Part shown: piece after piece, positions 1-9,826 of the stretch | How positions within the stretch are numbered: the first letter of the stretch is position 1 | How the letters are laid out: every line of letters starts with the position of its first letter | Source of the DNA: Candidatus Eiseniibacteriota bacterium | GTDB lineage: Bacteria; Eisenbacteria; RBG-16-71-46; SZUA-252 | Direction of reading: 5' to 3' | Length of the DNA: 64,000 nt | Assembly: GCA_036380835.1 (NCBI GenBank) | Contig: DASVDZ010000031.1 | Coordinates: 14,574-78,573 of the forward strand | Made by a program: the position numbers and the translations under genes | Notes under the pieces: generated by a model | The model's database searches: none | What the model was told of the DNA's origin: nothing | The model's input: the letters and a program-made list of their open reading frames with translations, nothing else

Positions 1-1144
1 GATCGATGTCGGTGATGCCGAGGCAATAGGAGACGATGCTCCCCGCCGCGGAGCCGCGGCCCGGGCCGACCGTCACGCCGCTCCGCCGCGCGTAGTCGGT
101 GAAGTCGCGGACGATGAGGAAGTAGCGCGCGTAGCCCACGGCGCAGATCGTCTCGAGCTCGTACGCGAGCCGCTCCCGATGCGCGTCGGTGATCGCGTCG
201 CCGTACCGCGCGGCGAGCCCCTCCTCCGCCAGGCGGCGCAGGTACCCCTCCTCGGTCTCGAACTCGGGCGGGATGGGGAACGACGGGAGCTGCACGCGCT
301 CCGTCTCGAGCGTCAGCTCGCAGCGCTCCGCCACGGCGAGCGTGTTCGAGAGCGCCTCCGGCGCGTCGCCGAAGAGCGCCGCCATCTCCTCGGGCGACTT
401 CACGTAGAGCTGGTCCGTCAGGAAGCGGAACCGGTCCGAGTCGAGCATCGTCTTTCCCGTCTGGATGCAGAGGAGCACCTCGTGCGCCTCCGCGTTCTCG
501 CGGGCCAGGTAGTGGCAGTCGTTCGTCGCGACGACCGGGATCCCCATCTCCTTCCCGAGCGCGAAGAGCCCGCGCGCGGCGACCCGCTCCTCGGGGATCC
601 CGTGGTCCTGCACCTCGAAGAAGTAGAACTCGGATCCGAAGATCTCGCGGTACCACGCCGCGGCGGCCTTCGCCCCCGCGCCGTCCCCCTTGACGACGAG
701 CTGCGGCACCTCCCCGCGCAGGCAGGCGGAAAGGCAGACGAGCCCTTCGGCGTGCCGGGAGAGCAGCTCCTTGTCGACGCGCGGCTTGTAGTGGAAGCCC
801 TCGGTGAAGCCGAGCGAGGAGAGCTTCATGAGGTTCCGATAGCCGTCCTTGTTGCGCGCGAGGAGGAGCAGGTGGTCGTAGGCCCCCTTCCCGTCCACGG
901 TGCGCGTCCGGTCGGATCGCGCTCCGTGCGCGACGTAGACCTCGCACCCGATGATCGGTTTCACGCCCGCCGCCTTCGCGGCGCCGTAGAACTCGACGGC
1001 GCCGAAGAGATTCCCGTGATCGGTGAGCGCGACGGCCGGCATGCCGAACCCCTTGGCGCGCTCCACGAGGCGGTCGATGCGGCAGGCGCCGTCCAGGAGC
1101 GAGAAGTCGCTGTGGTTGTGGAGATGGACGAAGGGCGTCTTCAT
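1..1144 (-). CDS. dnaE: DNA polymerase III alpha subunit, N-terminal PHP-domain part (5' end of gene; continues beyond window start)
   Basis: The reverse-complement translation from the ATG at 1144 reads [71 protein letters not shown], the canonical DnaE PHP N-terminus. The 179..1849 plus-strand ORF is the antisense of this gene fused in frame to pyrE. Confidence 0.85.
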   Translation of the reverse strand, partial: MKTPFVHLHNHSDFSLLDGACRIDRLVERAKGFGMPAVALTDHGNLFGAVEFYGAAKAAGVKPIIGCEVYVAHGARSDRTRTVDGKGAYDHLLLLARNKDGYRNLMKLSSLGFTEGFHYKPRVDKELLSRHAEGLVCLSACLRGEVPQLVVKGDGAGAKAAAAWYREIFGSEFYFFEVQDHGIPEERVAARGLFALGKEMGIPVVATNDCHYLARENAEAHEVLLCIQTGKTMLDSDRFRFLTDQLYVKSPEEMAALFGDAPEALSNTLAVAERCELTLETERVQLPSFPIPPEFETEEGYLRRLAEEGLAARYGDAITDAHRERLAYELETICAVGYARYFLIVRDFTDYARRSGVTVGPGRGSAAGSIVSYCLGITDID

Positions 1145-1276
1145 CGCCTACACGGAGGGTGCGGCGGCGCGGATGGGGGTCGGGCGGTCCACGCGCCGGA
1201 GTATACACGCCGCCGCGAGCGGGTCGCCGCGCCATTTTCGGTTCCGCCCCGCGAGCGCCTGTGGTATCCATCGCGC

Positions 1277-1849
1277 GTGCCCGATTCCCGCTCCATCGCG
1301 GGCGATCCGACCGCCGATCGCGCGCGCCTGCGCGCCATCCTGCTCGAGCGCTCGCTCCGCTTCGGCGACTTCACGCTCTCCTCCGGCGCGAAGAGCCGCT
1401 ACTACATCGACGTCCGGCAGACGAGCCTCCACCCGGAGGGCGCGCTCCTGATCGCGCGGCTCCTGACGCCGCTTTTCCGCGAAGCGGACGTCGAAGCCGT
1501 CGGCGGGCTCACGCTCGGCGCCGATCCCATCGTCGGCGCCGTCGCCCTCTGGACGGAGCTCTCCGGCGCCGGGCTCCCCGGGTTCATCGTGCGCAAGGAG
1601 GCGAAGGGGCACGGCGCGGGGCGCCGCATCGAAGGGCCGTTCCGCGAGGGGCTCCGCGTCGCGATCGTGGACGACGTCATCACGAAGGGGGGCTCGGCGC
1701 TCACGGCGTTCGAGGCCGCCCAGGAGGCGGGCGGCGTCGTCCGGCTCGTCGCGTGCGTCGTCGACCGCGGCGAGGGGGGCCAGGAGGAATTCGCCGCGAG
1801 GGGCGTCCCGTTCCGCTCCCTCTTCCACATCCGCGAGTTCCTCGGCTAG
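1277..1849 (+). CDS. pyrE: orotate phosphoribosyltransferase
   Basis: The C-terminal 176 aa of the 179..1849 frame read LRFGDFTLSSGAKSRYYIDVRQ ... VAIVDDVITKGGS (PRPP-binding motif). The start is set at the in-frame GTG at 1277; no ATG is nearby. Confidence 0.8.
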   Translation: MPDSRSIAGDPTADRARLRAILLERSLRFGDFTLSSGAKSRYYIDVRQTSLHPEGALLIARLLTPLFREADVEAVGGLTLGADPIVGAVALWTELSGAGLPGFIVRKEAKGHGAGRRIEGPFREGLRVAIVDDVITKGGSALTAFEAAQEAGGVVRLVACVVDRGEGGQEEFAARGVPFRSLFHIREFLG

Positions 1850-1877
1850 CTCGCGTCCCCCGCGCGGCCGACCGCCG

Positions 1878-4328
1878 CTAGTCGCCCTTCCCGGAGGAAT
1901 CGGGCAGATCCTCCGCGTCCGGAGGGAGCGGCGGCGCGAGATCGTCCTTCATGTAGTCGGTGGTGTCGCTCGCCGCGCTGTCCGACCACGCCGGCATGTG
2001 GAAGACGGGGCAGACCTGCCTCGGCTCCGTCTTGTCCACGAACGCCGCGCGCATGACGTGCGGACAGTCGGGCCCGGCGCGGTAGCCGGTGTCGGCGTCG
2101 ATCCAGGTCTCGACGACGCCGGGCGGCGCCTCGAAGTCCTGGAACGGGAGGTCGCGGTGCGCGGCGGTCATGAAGCGCGCCCAGATCGGAACCGCGGCCT
2201 GCGTCCCGGTGAGCCCCAGGCGGCGATTGCGATCGCACCCCACCCAGACGCCGCACGCGAGCTGCGGCGTGTAGCCGACGAACCACGCGTCGTTCTCGTC
2301 GTCGGTGGTGCCGGTCTTCCCCGCGGCCGGCCGCGTGAACCCCCACTGCGTCCGGATCGACGCCGCGGTGCCGTAGATGACCGGGCCTTCGAGGAGGATC
2401 GTGGCCATGTAGGCGGTCTCCGGGCGAAGCACGCGGCGCGCCTCCTTGCGCGGGGTCCACCGCACGTTCCCGCCCCGGTCGAGCACCGCGCGCACCGGGG
2501 TCGGTTGGATCAGCACGCCGCCGTTCGCGAGCGCCGCGTACGCGCGCGTCAGCTCGAACGGCGACACCTCGCTCGTGCCGAGCGCGAGCGACATCACCCG
2601 GCGCAGCCGGCTCTCGATCCCGAGGAGGCGCGCCGTCTCGATGACCCCGTCGACGCCGACCATCTGCTCCAGGTGGACCGTCGCCACGTTGAGCGATCGC
2701 GCGAGCGCGCGCGCCATGGTCACCTGGCCCTCGTAGTCGTTCTCGAAGTTGCGCGGCGCCCACGGGCCGAGATTGGTCTGGAACGTGTCGGGCTGGTCCT
2801 CGAGGATCGTCGCCGGCGTGAGCGGCGGCCGCCGGCCTCCGGTCGCCGTCTTGATCGCCGTGATGTAGACGAACGGCTTGAAGGCCGAGCCGGGCTGGCG
2901 TCGCGAATCGAGGGCGCGGTCGTAGGGCGACTCGACGTAGCTCCGGCCGCCGACCAAGGCGCGGACGTACCCCGTCGCCGGCTCGATCGCGACCAGGGCC
3001 CCCTCGGCGGGATCGCGCTCGGAGCCGCCCCGCGGCGAGCGCCAATCGGCTTCCCGCGTTCCGTCCCGCACCGCGCGCTCGGCCGCCTCCTCCATCGCGG
3101 CGTCGAGCGTCGTGAAGACGGCGAAGCCGCGCGCGTTCAGGTCGGCCTCGGCGATGTCCTTCGAGAGGTATTCCCGCACGTAGTCGACGAAGTAGGGCGC
3201 CAGCGTGGCGGGGGGCGGGCTCGGCGCGAAGTGGAGCGGCGTGGCGCGGGCCCGGTCCGCCTCGGCCTTCGAGATCCACCCGCAGTCCACCATGTCGGAG
3301 AGCACGTGGTCGCGCCGCGCGAGCGCCTCCTCCGCGTCCCGGTAGGGGGAGAAGTGATTCGGCGCCGGAATGATGCCGGCGATCAGCGCGCCCTCCCCGA
3401 GCGTCAGGTCCTTCACGTGCTTGTTGAAGTAGAAGAGCGAGGCCTCCTCGACGCCGCAGACGCTCCAGGAGCCTCGCTGCCCGAGGTAGATCTGGTTCAG
3501 GTAGAACTCGAGGATCTGCTCCTTGGAGTACCGCATCTCCACCATCACGGCGAGGAGGGCCTCGTGGATCTTCCGGAAGAAGCTCCGCTCCCGCGAGAGG
3601 AAGAGGTTCTTCACGAGCTGCTGGCTGATGGTGCTCCCGCCCTCGACGACGCCGCCCGCGCGGACGTTCCGCACGGTGGCGCGGCCCAGACCGAGCAGAT
3701 CGATCCCCCAGTGTCGGAAGAACCGGCGGTCCTCGCTCGCGACCACCGCGAGCACCACGCGCCGGGGGATCTGCTCCAGAGGGATGTAGCTCCGCCGCTC
3801 CCGCTCGGCGTCGGAGAACTCCCCCAGGAGCTCCGGCTCGACGCGGAGGAGCCCGCGCTGCTTCGGATCGCGGAACCCCTCGGCGATCGAGGCGAGCTTG
3901 CCGTCGGCCAGGTCGGCGACGACCTCGTCCCCCGCCTCGACGCGATCCGGGTACGTGAACGGGCGAAGGCGGATCTCGTACGTCGCGCCGCGGATCCGGT
4001 ACTGGCCGGCCTCCGCGGGCCGCGCCCAGACCCGGCGGTATCGCGCCCGCGTCAGGTAGTCGCGCAGCGTCGCGTCGTCGAGCCGGTCTCCGACGCGGAA
4101 GTCACGCCAGTCGGCGTAGACGCGGGTCGGGAACTTCCACCCCTTCCCCGCGTAGCGGAACGACGCGATGGAGGAAAGGCGGAACCAGTCGTAGCCGAGG
4201 AGGGCGACGAGCACGAGAAGGAGGAAGAGGAGCCAGCGGGCCCGGCCCGCCGGGAGCCAGGCCGGGCGGTAACGCCACCACGGTCGCACGATGGGGGGAA
4301 GCGTACGGAGTGGCGCGCGGCCCGTCAA
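1878..4328 (-). CDS. mrcA: class A penicillin-binding protein (bifunctional transglycosylase/transpeptidase, PBP1A-type)
   Basis: There is an N-terminal TM helix. The GT51 motifs EDRRFFRHWGID and GGSTISQQLVKNLFL are present. The transpeptidase motifs SAFKPF (SxxK) and KTGTT are present. The start is a TTG at 4328; an alternative GTG lies at 4289. Confidence 0.88.
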   Translation of the reverse strand: MTGRAPLRTLPPIVRPWWRYRPAWLPAGRARWLLFLLLVLVALLGYDWFRLSSIASFRYAGKGWKFPTRVYADWRDFRVGDRLDDATLRDYLTRARYRRVWARPAEAGQYRIRGATYEIRLRPFTYPDRVEAGDEVVADLADGKLASIAEGFRDPKQRGLLRVEPELLGEFSDAERERRSYIPLEQIPRRVVLAVVASEDRRFFRHWGIDLLGLGRATVRNVRAGGVVEGGSTISQQLVKNLFLSRERSFFRKIHEALLAVMVEMRYSKEQILEFYLNQIYLGQRGSWSVCGVEEASLFYFNKHVKDLTLGEGALIAGIIPAPNHFSPYRDAEEALARRDHVLSDMVDCGWISKAEADRARATPLHFAPSPPPATLAPYFVDYVREYLSKDIAEADLNARGFAVFTTLDAAMEEAAERAVRDGTREADWRSPRGGSERDPAEGALVAIEPATGYVRALVGGRSYVESPYDRALDSRRQPGSAFKPFVYITAIKTATGGRRPPLTPATILEDQPDTFQTNLGPWAPRNFENDYEGQVTMARALARSLNVATVHLEQMVGVDGVIETARLLGIESRLRRVMSLALGTSEVSPFELTRAYAALANGGVLIQPTPVRAVLDRGGNVRWTPRKEARRVLRPETAYMATILLEGPVIYGTAASIRTQWGFTRPAAGKTGTTDDENDAWFVGYTPQLACGVWVGCDRNRRLGLTGTQAAVPIWARFMTAAHRDLPFQDFEAPPGVVETWIDADTGYRAGPDCPHVMRAAFVDKTEPRQVCPVFHMPAWSDSAASDTTDYMKDDLAPPLPPDAEDLPDSSGKGD

Positions 4329-4340
4329 TCGCCGCGGTCT

Positions 4341-6287
4341 CTACCGCGCGTCGCTCAGGGCGTCTTCGAGCTGGCGCATCCGGGCCACGGTGCGCGCGTC
4401 GGCGCCTCCGGCCGGTGCGTTCAGGACGTACTCGCGATACGCGAGGAGCGCGTCTTTCTTGTCGGAGTTCTTGCCGGTGATCGCCTGGATGCTCCAGAGA
4501 CAGTCGGCCAGCTCTCGCTTGGCGCGCGCCCGATCGGGGCCGACGCTGCTCTTGATGAACCCCTTCCACGTGTCGCGGAGCTTTCGTAGCGCGTCGAGAT
4601 CGGAGCTCTGCGCGGCCGTCACCGTCGCGAGGTGGAGCCGATCGATCGGCCGCTCCGCGGCGGGGGGCGCCGGGGTCGCGGCCGTCGCCTCCTGCGTCGC
4701 GGTCGCGGACGGGGCGGTCGAGACGGCCGGCGGCCTCGTCGGGGTCGTCGCGGGCGCGCTCGACGGCTCCCCCGCTTCGTCGGTCGTGACGTCCGGCGTC
4801 GCCGGTTCGATGGCCCGCGTTCCGGCCGGCGGCGCGGGTTTCGGCGCCTCCTCCGTTCCCTCCCCGGCGGCGGAGCCGCCCAGCGGGACGGCGCGCTCGC
4901 TCTTCGTGATGACCGGCCCCGGTGTTCCCGTGGCGCGCGCGGGATTGCGGACCGGCGGAGCCGGCTCCGCCGCGCTGGCGGAGGACCGGCGCGAGGGGGA
5001 GACGGTCGCCGAGCGCGTCGGCTTCGGCGCGGGCGTCAACGCCTTCTCCGCGCCGATCGTCGCGACCCCGCCGGAAGGAACCGTGGCCGCCTCGATGACG
5101 CGCGCCCTCGGCGGCGGCGCGCTCGCGCTGGAAGGCGTGCCGGCGCTCGGTGTGCCGGCGCTCGGCGTGCCGGCGCCCGACGCGCCGTCTCCGCCGGACG
5201 GCGGCGCGGTCGAGGTCGTGGGGGGCGCGACGGCGTCCGTCGGCTCGGCGTCCGTTGTCGCGGCTACGGGAGGGCTCGTCTCGCCACGCGACGCGGTCGC
5301 CGAGGGCACGGCTCCGGCAGGCGACCGGGACGGCTGCCGGACCGCGAGCGCGATCCAGAGGGAGAGGACGAGGAGCCCGAGACCGACCACGCTCCCGACG
5401 CCCCAGAGGATCGCGCGAAGCGCCGAGGACTTGCCCTTCCGCGCCCCCTGGCGCGTCAGCGCCTCCTCCGCGAAGAAGAGGCTCCCCTCCGGCGGCGACG
5501 AAGCGGGCTTCGCGTCGGCGGGCTCGAATTCCCACGAGCTTTCCTTCCCGGACGAACCGGTCGCGGCGCGCGGGGCCTTGGATCCCTGCTTCGACCCGGG
5601 CGTCGGACCCGCCTTGTCCGGCTTCCGCTTCGGCTCCGCGATCGACGAGGACTGGATCGACTCGAGCTGTATTCCGGCGAACGAAGCCTCCGGATCCGGC
5701 CCGTCCGGTCGCGGCGCCTCCGCCATGGGGCGCGGAGCGACGGGCGGCTTCGCCGTCCCGGCGTTGGGCGGCTTGGTCTCATGAATCGCGGCGGCGGGAC
5801 TCTCGGGCGGGGGCGGCGTGGGGATCTTCTCGAAGACCGCGGCGTCCGCGTCCGCGAGCGGCGCCGGCGCCATGGCTTCGGTCCCTAGGGCGGACTCCGC
5901 CGCGGCGGCGGGAGCATCCGTCGCGGGGGCGTCCGGCGGGGCCCCGGAATCGGGCGCGGTCAGGGCCGCGGGGTCGGCGGAGGGCAGCGGCTCGGCGGAG
6001 GGCGGCGGCTCGGCGAAGGGCGGCGGCTCGGCGGAGGCCGGCGGCTCGGCGGAGGGCGGCGCGGTGGAAGCGGCGGTCCCCCGCTCGCGCCGCGACCCGG
6101 CGCCTCCGGTGCCGAAGATCCGGTCGATCGTCCACTCGTCCTCGCTCGAGGCGGCCGACTTGGGCGGGGCGGACCCCATGGCCCGGACGAGCTCCACCTC
6201 CAGGCGGCACCCCTCGCAGGACTGGAGGTGCTCCTCGAGCATGGCCCTGTCGTCGGAGGAGAGACGGCCGCTCGCGAAGGGCTCCAT
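4341..6287 (-). CDS. zf-HC2 (anti-sigma-factor-like zinc finger) transmembrane protein with very long Pro/Ala/Ser/Thr-rich linkers and a C-terminal helical domain
   Basis: The N-terminus is MEPFASGRLSSDDRAMLEEHLQSCEGCRLEVELVRAM, an H-x3-C-x2-C zf-HC2 motif. A single TM helix ILWGVGSVVGLGLLVLSLWIALAV is flanked by PAST-rich low-complexity segments of about 250 aa on each side. The last 90 aa form a helical domain. It ends 13 bp upstream of the PBP1A start on the same strand. The start is chosen at the internal ATG at 6287; the ORF could begin at 6383. Confidence 0.6.
   Translation of the reverse strand: MEPFASGRLSSDDRAMLEEHLQSCEGCRLEVELVRAMGSAPPKSAASSEDEWTIDRIFGTGGAGSRRERGTAASTAPPSAEPPASAEPPPFAEPPPSAEPLPSADPAALTAPDSGAPPDAPATDAPAAAAESALGTEAMAPAPLADADAAVFEKIPTPPPPESPAAAIHETKPPNAGTAKPPVAPRPMAEAPRPDGPDPEASFAGIQLESIQSSSIAEPKRKPDKAGPTPGSKQGSKAPRAATGSSGKESSWEFEPADAKPASSPPEGSLFFAEEALTRQGARKGKSSALRAILWGVGSVVGLGLLVLSLWIALAVRQPSRSPAGAVPSATASRGETSPPVAATTDAEPTDAVAPPTTSTAPPSGGDGASGAGTPSAGTPSAGTPSSASAPPPRARVIEAATVPSGGVATIGAEKALTPAPKPTRSATVSPSRRSSASAAEPAPPVRNPARATGTPGPVITKSERAVPLGGSAAGEGTEEAPKPAPPAGTRAIEPATPDVTTDEAGEPSSAPATTPTRPPAVSTAPSATATQEATAATPAPPAAERPIDRLHLATVTAAQSSDLDALRKLRDTWKGFIKSSVGPDRARAKRELADCLWSIQAITGKNSDKKDALLAYREYVLNAPAGGADARTVARMRQLEDALSDAR
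5131..5178. repeat. 15-bp tandem repeat (3 copies, unit GGCGTGCCGGCGCTC) in the same gene
   Basis: The sequence ggcgtgccggcgctcggtgtgccggcgctcggcgtgccggcgccc encodes GTPSAGTPSAGTPSS on the minus strand. Confidence 0.65.
5984..6058. repeat. 18-bp tandem repeat (about 4 copies, unit GGCGGCGGCTCGGCGGAG) inside the PAST-rich linker coding region
   Basis: Consecutive near-identical 18-mers are visible. They encode PP(S/F)AEP repeats on the minus strand. Confidence 0.7.
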
Positions 6288-6503
6288 CTTGCTCTTGGCT
6301 TCGACGCAATCCACCCGAAGAAACCCCCTGCGCATGCGCCGCGAGGCCGAGGGGAACGATTCCCGCGCGGCGCACAGCGACACGTACCGGAAGCTATCGG
6401 AGGAGAAGCGGCAGAACTTGAGGCGATTCGCGGCGATAGCGGGGTCTGGCGGGGCGTTGCGCGGGGCGCTCCCGGAGGCGCCCGAAACTGGCGGCGGGCC
6501 GGT

Positions 6504-6701
6504 CTAGTCCGGGAGGATGGCTCCCTCGATGGGGCAGGCTTCGAGGCAGGCGTTGCAGGAGACGCAGTCCTCGGCGACCACGAAGTACCACTTGGTTCCC
6601 TTGCCGTTCTCGCCTTCGCCCTTCTTGATGCAGTCGACGGGGCAGACGTCCACGCAGGAGCTCTCCCCCTCGCAGACGTCCTTGATGATTTCGTAGGCCA
6701 T
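6504..6701 (-). CDS. ferredoxin (two Cys clusters, 7Fe/8Fe bacterial type)
   Basis: The 65 aa product is MAYEIIKDVCEGESSCVDVCPVDCIKKGE...EDCVSCNACLEACPIEGAIL. It carries two Cx2Cx2-4C...CP clusters. Confidence 0.8.
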   Translation of the reverse strand: MAYEIIKDVCEGESSCVDVCPVDCIKKGEGENGKGTKWYFVVAEDCVSCNACLEACPIEGAILPD

Positions 6702-6728
6702 CCGGTCCTCCGTTCGAACTCGCGGCGA

Positions 6729-7814
6729 TTACTGGACTTGGAGCATCCGGTCGAGCGCCACGCGAGCCCACTCCTTGGTCTCCCGCGGAACACGCACCGG
6801 ATTCACGACCTCGCCGCCCACGAGGCTCTCGAGCGCCCAGCAAAGGTTTTGCGGCGAAATTCGATACATCGTAGCGCAAAGGCAGAAATCTTTCGACAGG
6901 AGGACGATCCGCTTGTCGGTCATCTGGTGCGCGAGGCGGTTCACGAGGTGGTATTCGGTTCCCACCGCCCAGCTCGATCCGGTCGGGGCTTCCCGGAGCG
7001 TTCGAATGATGAACTCGGTGGACCCGACCGCGTCGGCCGCCGCCACCACTTCGTGCGGCACCTCCGGATGGACGAGGATCTTCACGCTGGGGTCCTCCGC
7101 CCGTCGCTCTTCGACGTGACGGAGCTGGAACTTGGTGTGGACGGAGCAGCACCCCTTCCAGACGACGACCGTGGCCGCCTCGAGCTCGGCGGCGCTCAGG
7201 CCCCCCTGCTCCCGCTTCGGGTCCCACACCACGATCCGCTCCGCCGGAATCCCCATGGCGATGGCCGTGTTCCGGCCCAGGTGCTCGTCCGGGAAGAAGA
7301 AGATCTTCTCCCGCTGGCGGAACGCCCACTCGAAGATGCCGCGGGCGTTCGACGAGGTGCAGACGGCGCCGCCCCGCTCACCGCAGAAGGCCTTGAGCTC
7401 GGCGGTGGAGTTCATGTACGTGATCGGCGTGACGTCGTGGAGACCGAGACGCTCCAGCGTCGCGCCCGCCTCGAGCACGTCCTCCGTCGGCGCCATGTCG
7501 GCCATCGAGCAGCCCGCGTTCCGGTCGGGAAGGATCACCGTTTGATGCGGCGCCGCGAGGACGTCGGCGCTCTCGGCCATGAAATGGACGCCGCAGAAGA
7601 CGATGAACTCGGCCTTCGTGCGCTCCGCGCCGAGACGCGCCAGCTTGTAGGAGTCGCCGGTCACGTCGGCGTGACGGATCACGTCGTCGCGCTGGTAGTG
7701 GTGCCCCAGGACGACCAGCCGCTCGCCAAGCGCGCGCTTCGCCTCGACGATTCTCTCGTCGAGCGCCGCGTCATCGAGCAGGAGGTAGCGTTCCGGAACG
7801 GTTCTCGTTGCCAT
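6729..7814 (-). CDS. nadA: quinolinate synthase
   Basis: Motifs: VVLGHHYQRDDV, FCGVHFMAESADVL, ILVHPEVPHEVV and FCLCATMYRISPQNL. The start is taken at the ATG (MATRTVPERY) at 7814, which gives GC3-consistent coding. The ORF extends to 7850. Confidence 0.88.
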   Translation of the reverse strand: MATRTVPERYLLLDDAALDERIVEAKRALGERLVVLGHHYQRDDVIRHADVTGDSYKLARLGAERTKAEFIVFCGVHFMAESADVLAAPHQTVILPDRNAGCSMADMAPTEDVLEAGATLERLGLHDVTPITYMNSTAELKAFCGERGGAVCTSSNARGIFEWAFRQREKIFFFPDEHLGRNTAIAMGIPAERIVVWDPKREQGGLSAAELEAATVVVWKGCCSVHTKFQLRHVEERRAEDPSVKILVHPEVPHEVVAAADAVGSTEFIIRTLREAPTGSSWAVGTEYHLVNRLAHQMTDKRIVLLSKDFCLCATMYRISPQNLCWALESLVGGEVVNPVRVPRETKEWARVALDRMLQVQ

Positions 7815-7972
7815 GCATCCATTCTTGTCGCGGCGCCGTGCGGGGGTCAAGGGGCGATTCCCCGCGCGGCGCCCGCGTGAATCGCGAACGGATTCGCGTT
7901 CGTCTAACTGGTGTGAGGTGTCGCCTCTACGAGCCGGGGTTGCCCTTGACCCGGCTCGCCTCGCGTCACAGA

Positions 7973-9826
7973 ATGAGATGCTTTCCGGACGCTTCCGACG
8001 CTTCCAATTTCGAAAGGGACTCCGACTTGACGCACCCCGTCAACGATTTCAATCTCCACGTCGCCACGGTGAACGGCTCGGGAAGCCAGACCGCCAACAA
8101 CACGCTGCTGCGCGCCATGTTCCAGATGGGGGTCCCCGTCTCGGGCAAGAACCTCTTCCCGTCCAACATCGCGGGGCTCCCCACCTGGTTCACGATCCGC
8201 GTGAACGAGCGCGGCTGGGTCGCGCGACAGAGACGCAACGACCTCCTCGTCGCGATGAATCCCGAGACGTCGGTCCAGGACATCGCCGCCATGGGCCCCG
8301 GGAGCGTCATTCTCATGGCCGAGGGCGTCCCGGCGCCCAAGGTCGTCGACGGGGCGACGTCGTACGTCGTTCCCTTCCAGAAGCTCATCGAGCCGATCGT
8401 CGCCGACGCCAAGCTCAGGAAGCTCGTCGTGAACATGATCTACGTCGGCGCCGTGGCGCGGATCCTCGGGATCGAGCGGGCGGAGGTGGAGCGCGCGCTC
8501 GAGTCGCAGCTCGGACGGAAGCCGAAGGCGCTCGCGATGAACCGGGCGGCGGTGGACGCCGGATTCGAATACGCCGAGACGAACATGAAGCCGGCCCCGT
8601 TCCGCGTCGAGCGGCGGAACCTGACCGGGGGAAAGATCCTCATCGACGGCAATCAGGCCGCCGCCCTGGGCGCGGTCTTCGCCGGCGTGACGTTCGCCGC
8701 GTGGTATCCGATCACCCCCTCCTCGAGCCTCGCCGAAGCCCTCCAGGGGTTCCTGGACCGCTACCGGCGCGATCCGGCGACGAAGAAGGCGACGTACGCG
8801 ATCGTTCAGGCGGAGGACGAGATCTCGGCGATCGGAATGGTGCTGGGCGCCTCCTGGGCCGGGGCGCGCGCCATGACGGCGACGTCGGGGCCGGGCCTTT
8901 CGCTCATGACCGAGTTCACCGGCTACGGCTACTACGCCGAGATCCCCGCGGTCGTCTGGGACATCCAGCGGATCGGCCCGAGCACGGGCCTCCCGACGCG
9001 GACGTCACAGGGGGATCTCCTGAGCGTGGCCTTCCTCTCGCACGGCGACACCAAGCACGTAATGCTCTTCCCGGCGTCCGTCGAGGACTGCTACGAGTTC
9101 GGCCTCGAGGCGTTCGACCTCGCCGATCGCCTCCAGACGCCGGTCTTCGTGATGTCCGACCTCGATCTGGGAATGAACGTCTGGATGGCCGATCCCTTCC
9201 GCTATCCCGAGAAGCCGTGGGATCGCGGCAAGGTGCTCACCGCCGCCGACCTCGAGAAGCTGGGCCGGTTCGAGCGGTACCGCGACGTGGACGGCGACGC
9301 GATCCCCTACCGGACGCTCCCCGGCACCCCGCATCCGGCCGCCGCCTACTTCACGCGCGGCTCGGGACACGACGAGGCGGCGCGCTACACCGAATCGAGC
9401 GAGGCCTATCCGCGCGTGATGGACCGCCTGAACCGGAAGTGGGAGACGGCGCGGTCCCTGGTTCCGAAGCCCGTGGTGGACGACGTGAAGGGCGCCGACG
9501 CGGCGATCGTCTCGTACGGCTCCTCGTGGTACGCCGTGGAGGAGGCCCGCGATCTCCTGCGCGGGGACGCGATCGAGACGTCCGCGCTCCTCGTCAAGTC
9601 CTATCCGTTCCCGGAGGAGGTCGGCCGCTTTCTCGCGCGCCACGAACGGATCTACGTCGTCGAGCAGAACCGCGACGGCCAGATGGCGTCGCTGCTCCGG
9701 ATGGAATACCCCGAGCGCGCGACGCGAATCCGCCCGGTGCTCCACTACGACGGGCTTCCCCTCGACGCCCAGACGGTGGTCGACGGCGTTCGGAGCGGAG
9801 AGCGGGAGGAGGTGGCGGCCCGATGA
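7973..9826 (+). CDS. korA: 2-oxoacid:ferredoxin oxidoreductase alpha subunit (KorA-type)
   Basis: Motifs: FNLHVATVNGSGSQTANNTL, GNQAAALGAVFAGVTFAAWYPITPSS and ATSGPGLSLMTE. It overlaps korB by 4 nt (ATGA). Confidence 0.85.
   Translation: MRCFPDASDASNFERDSDLTHPVNDFNLHVATVNGSGSQTANNTLLRAMFQMGVPVSGKNLFPSNIAGLPTWFTIRVNERGWVARQRRNDLLVAMNPETSVQDIAAMGPGSVILMAEGVPAPKVVDGATSYVVPFQKLIEPIVADAKLRKLVVNMIYVGAVARILGIERAEVERALESQLGRKPKALAMNRAAVDAGFEYAETNMKPAPFRVERRNLTGGKILIDGNQAAALGAVFAGVTFAAWYPITPSSSLAEALQGFLDRYRRDPATKKATYAIVQAEDEISAIGMVLGASWAGARAMTATSGPGLSLMTEFTGYGYYAEIPAVVWDIQRIGPSTGLPTRTSQGDLLSVAFLSHGDTKHVMLFPASVEDCYEFGLEAFDLADRLQTPVFVMSDLDLGMNVWMADPFRYPEKPWDRGKVLTAADLEKLGRFERYRDVDGDAIPYRTLPGTPHPAAAYFTRGSGHDEAARYTESSEAYPRVMDRLNRKWETARSLVPKPVVDDVKGADAAIVSYGSSWYAVEEARDLLRGDAIETSALLVKSYPFPEEVGRFLARHERIYVVEQNRDGQMASLLRMEYPERATRIRPVLHYDGLPLDAQTVVDGVRSGEREEVAAR

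Noticed and set aside
179-1849. Single 556-aa ORF spanning the window start to the pyrE stop
   Set aside because: Only the last 176 codons are pyrE. The first roughly 365 codons are the antisense of dnaE and happen to be in frame with it.
1998-4589. 863-aa plus-strand ORF, plus several others of this kind (4102..5535-, 13043..15469-, 16840..19806+, 32086..35331+, 40539..42284+, 48081..50981-)
   Set aside because: Their translations are Arg/Glu/Asp/Val/Leu-dominated with no motifs, and they lie exactly antisense to well-supported genes. In about 70% GC DNA such stop-free antisense frames are expected.
5984-6058. Tandem direct repeats considered as possible CRISPR/minisatellite
   Set aside because: The units are 15-18 bp, have no spacers, lie inside an ORF, and translate to PAST-rich low-complexity protein. 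There is no CRISPR architecture.
7880-7905. Near-palindromic TTCGCG-containing element (gaatcgcgaacggattcgcgttcg) between nadA and korA
   Set aside because: It is not a true inverted repeat on inspection, and no regulator gene is adjacent. It is likely a chance GC-rich sequence.
7808-7972. N-terminal 55-aa extension of korA from the first start in the ORF
   Set aside because: The extension is Arg-rich with poor GC3 and overlaps the nadA divergent promoter region. KorA homology begins near the ATG at 7973.
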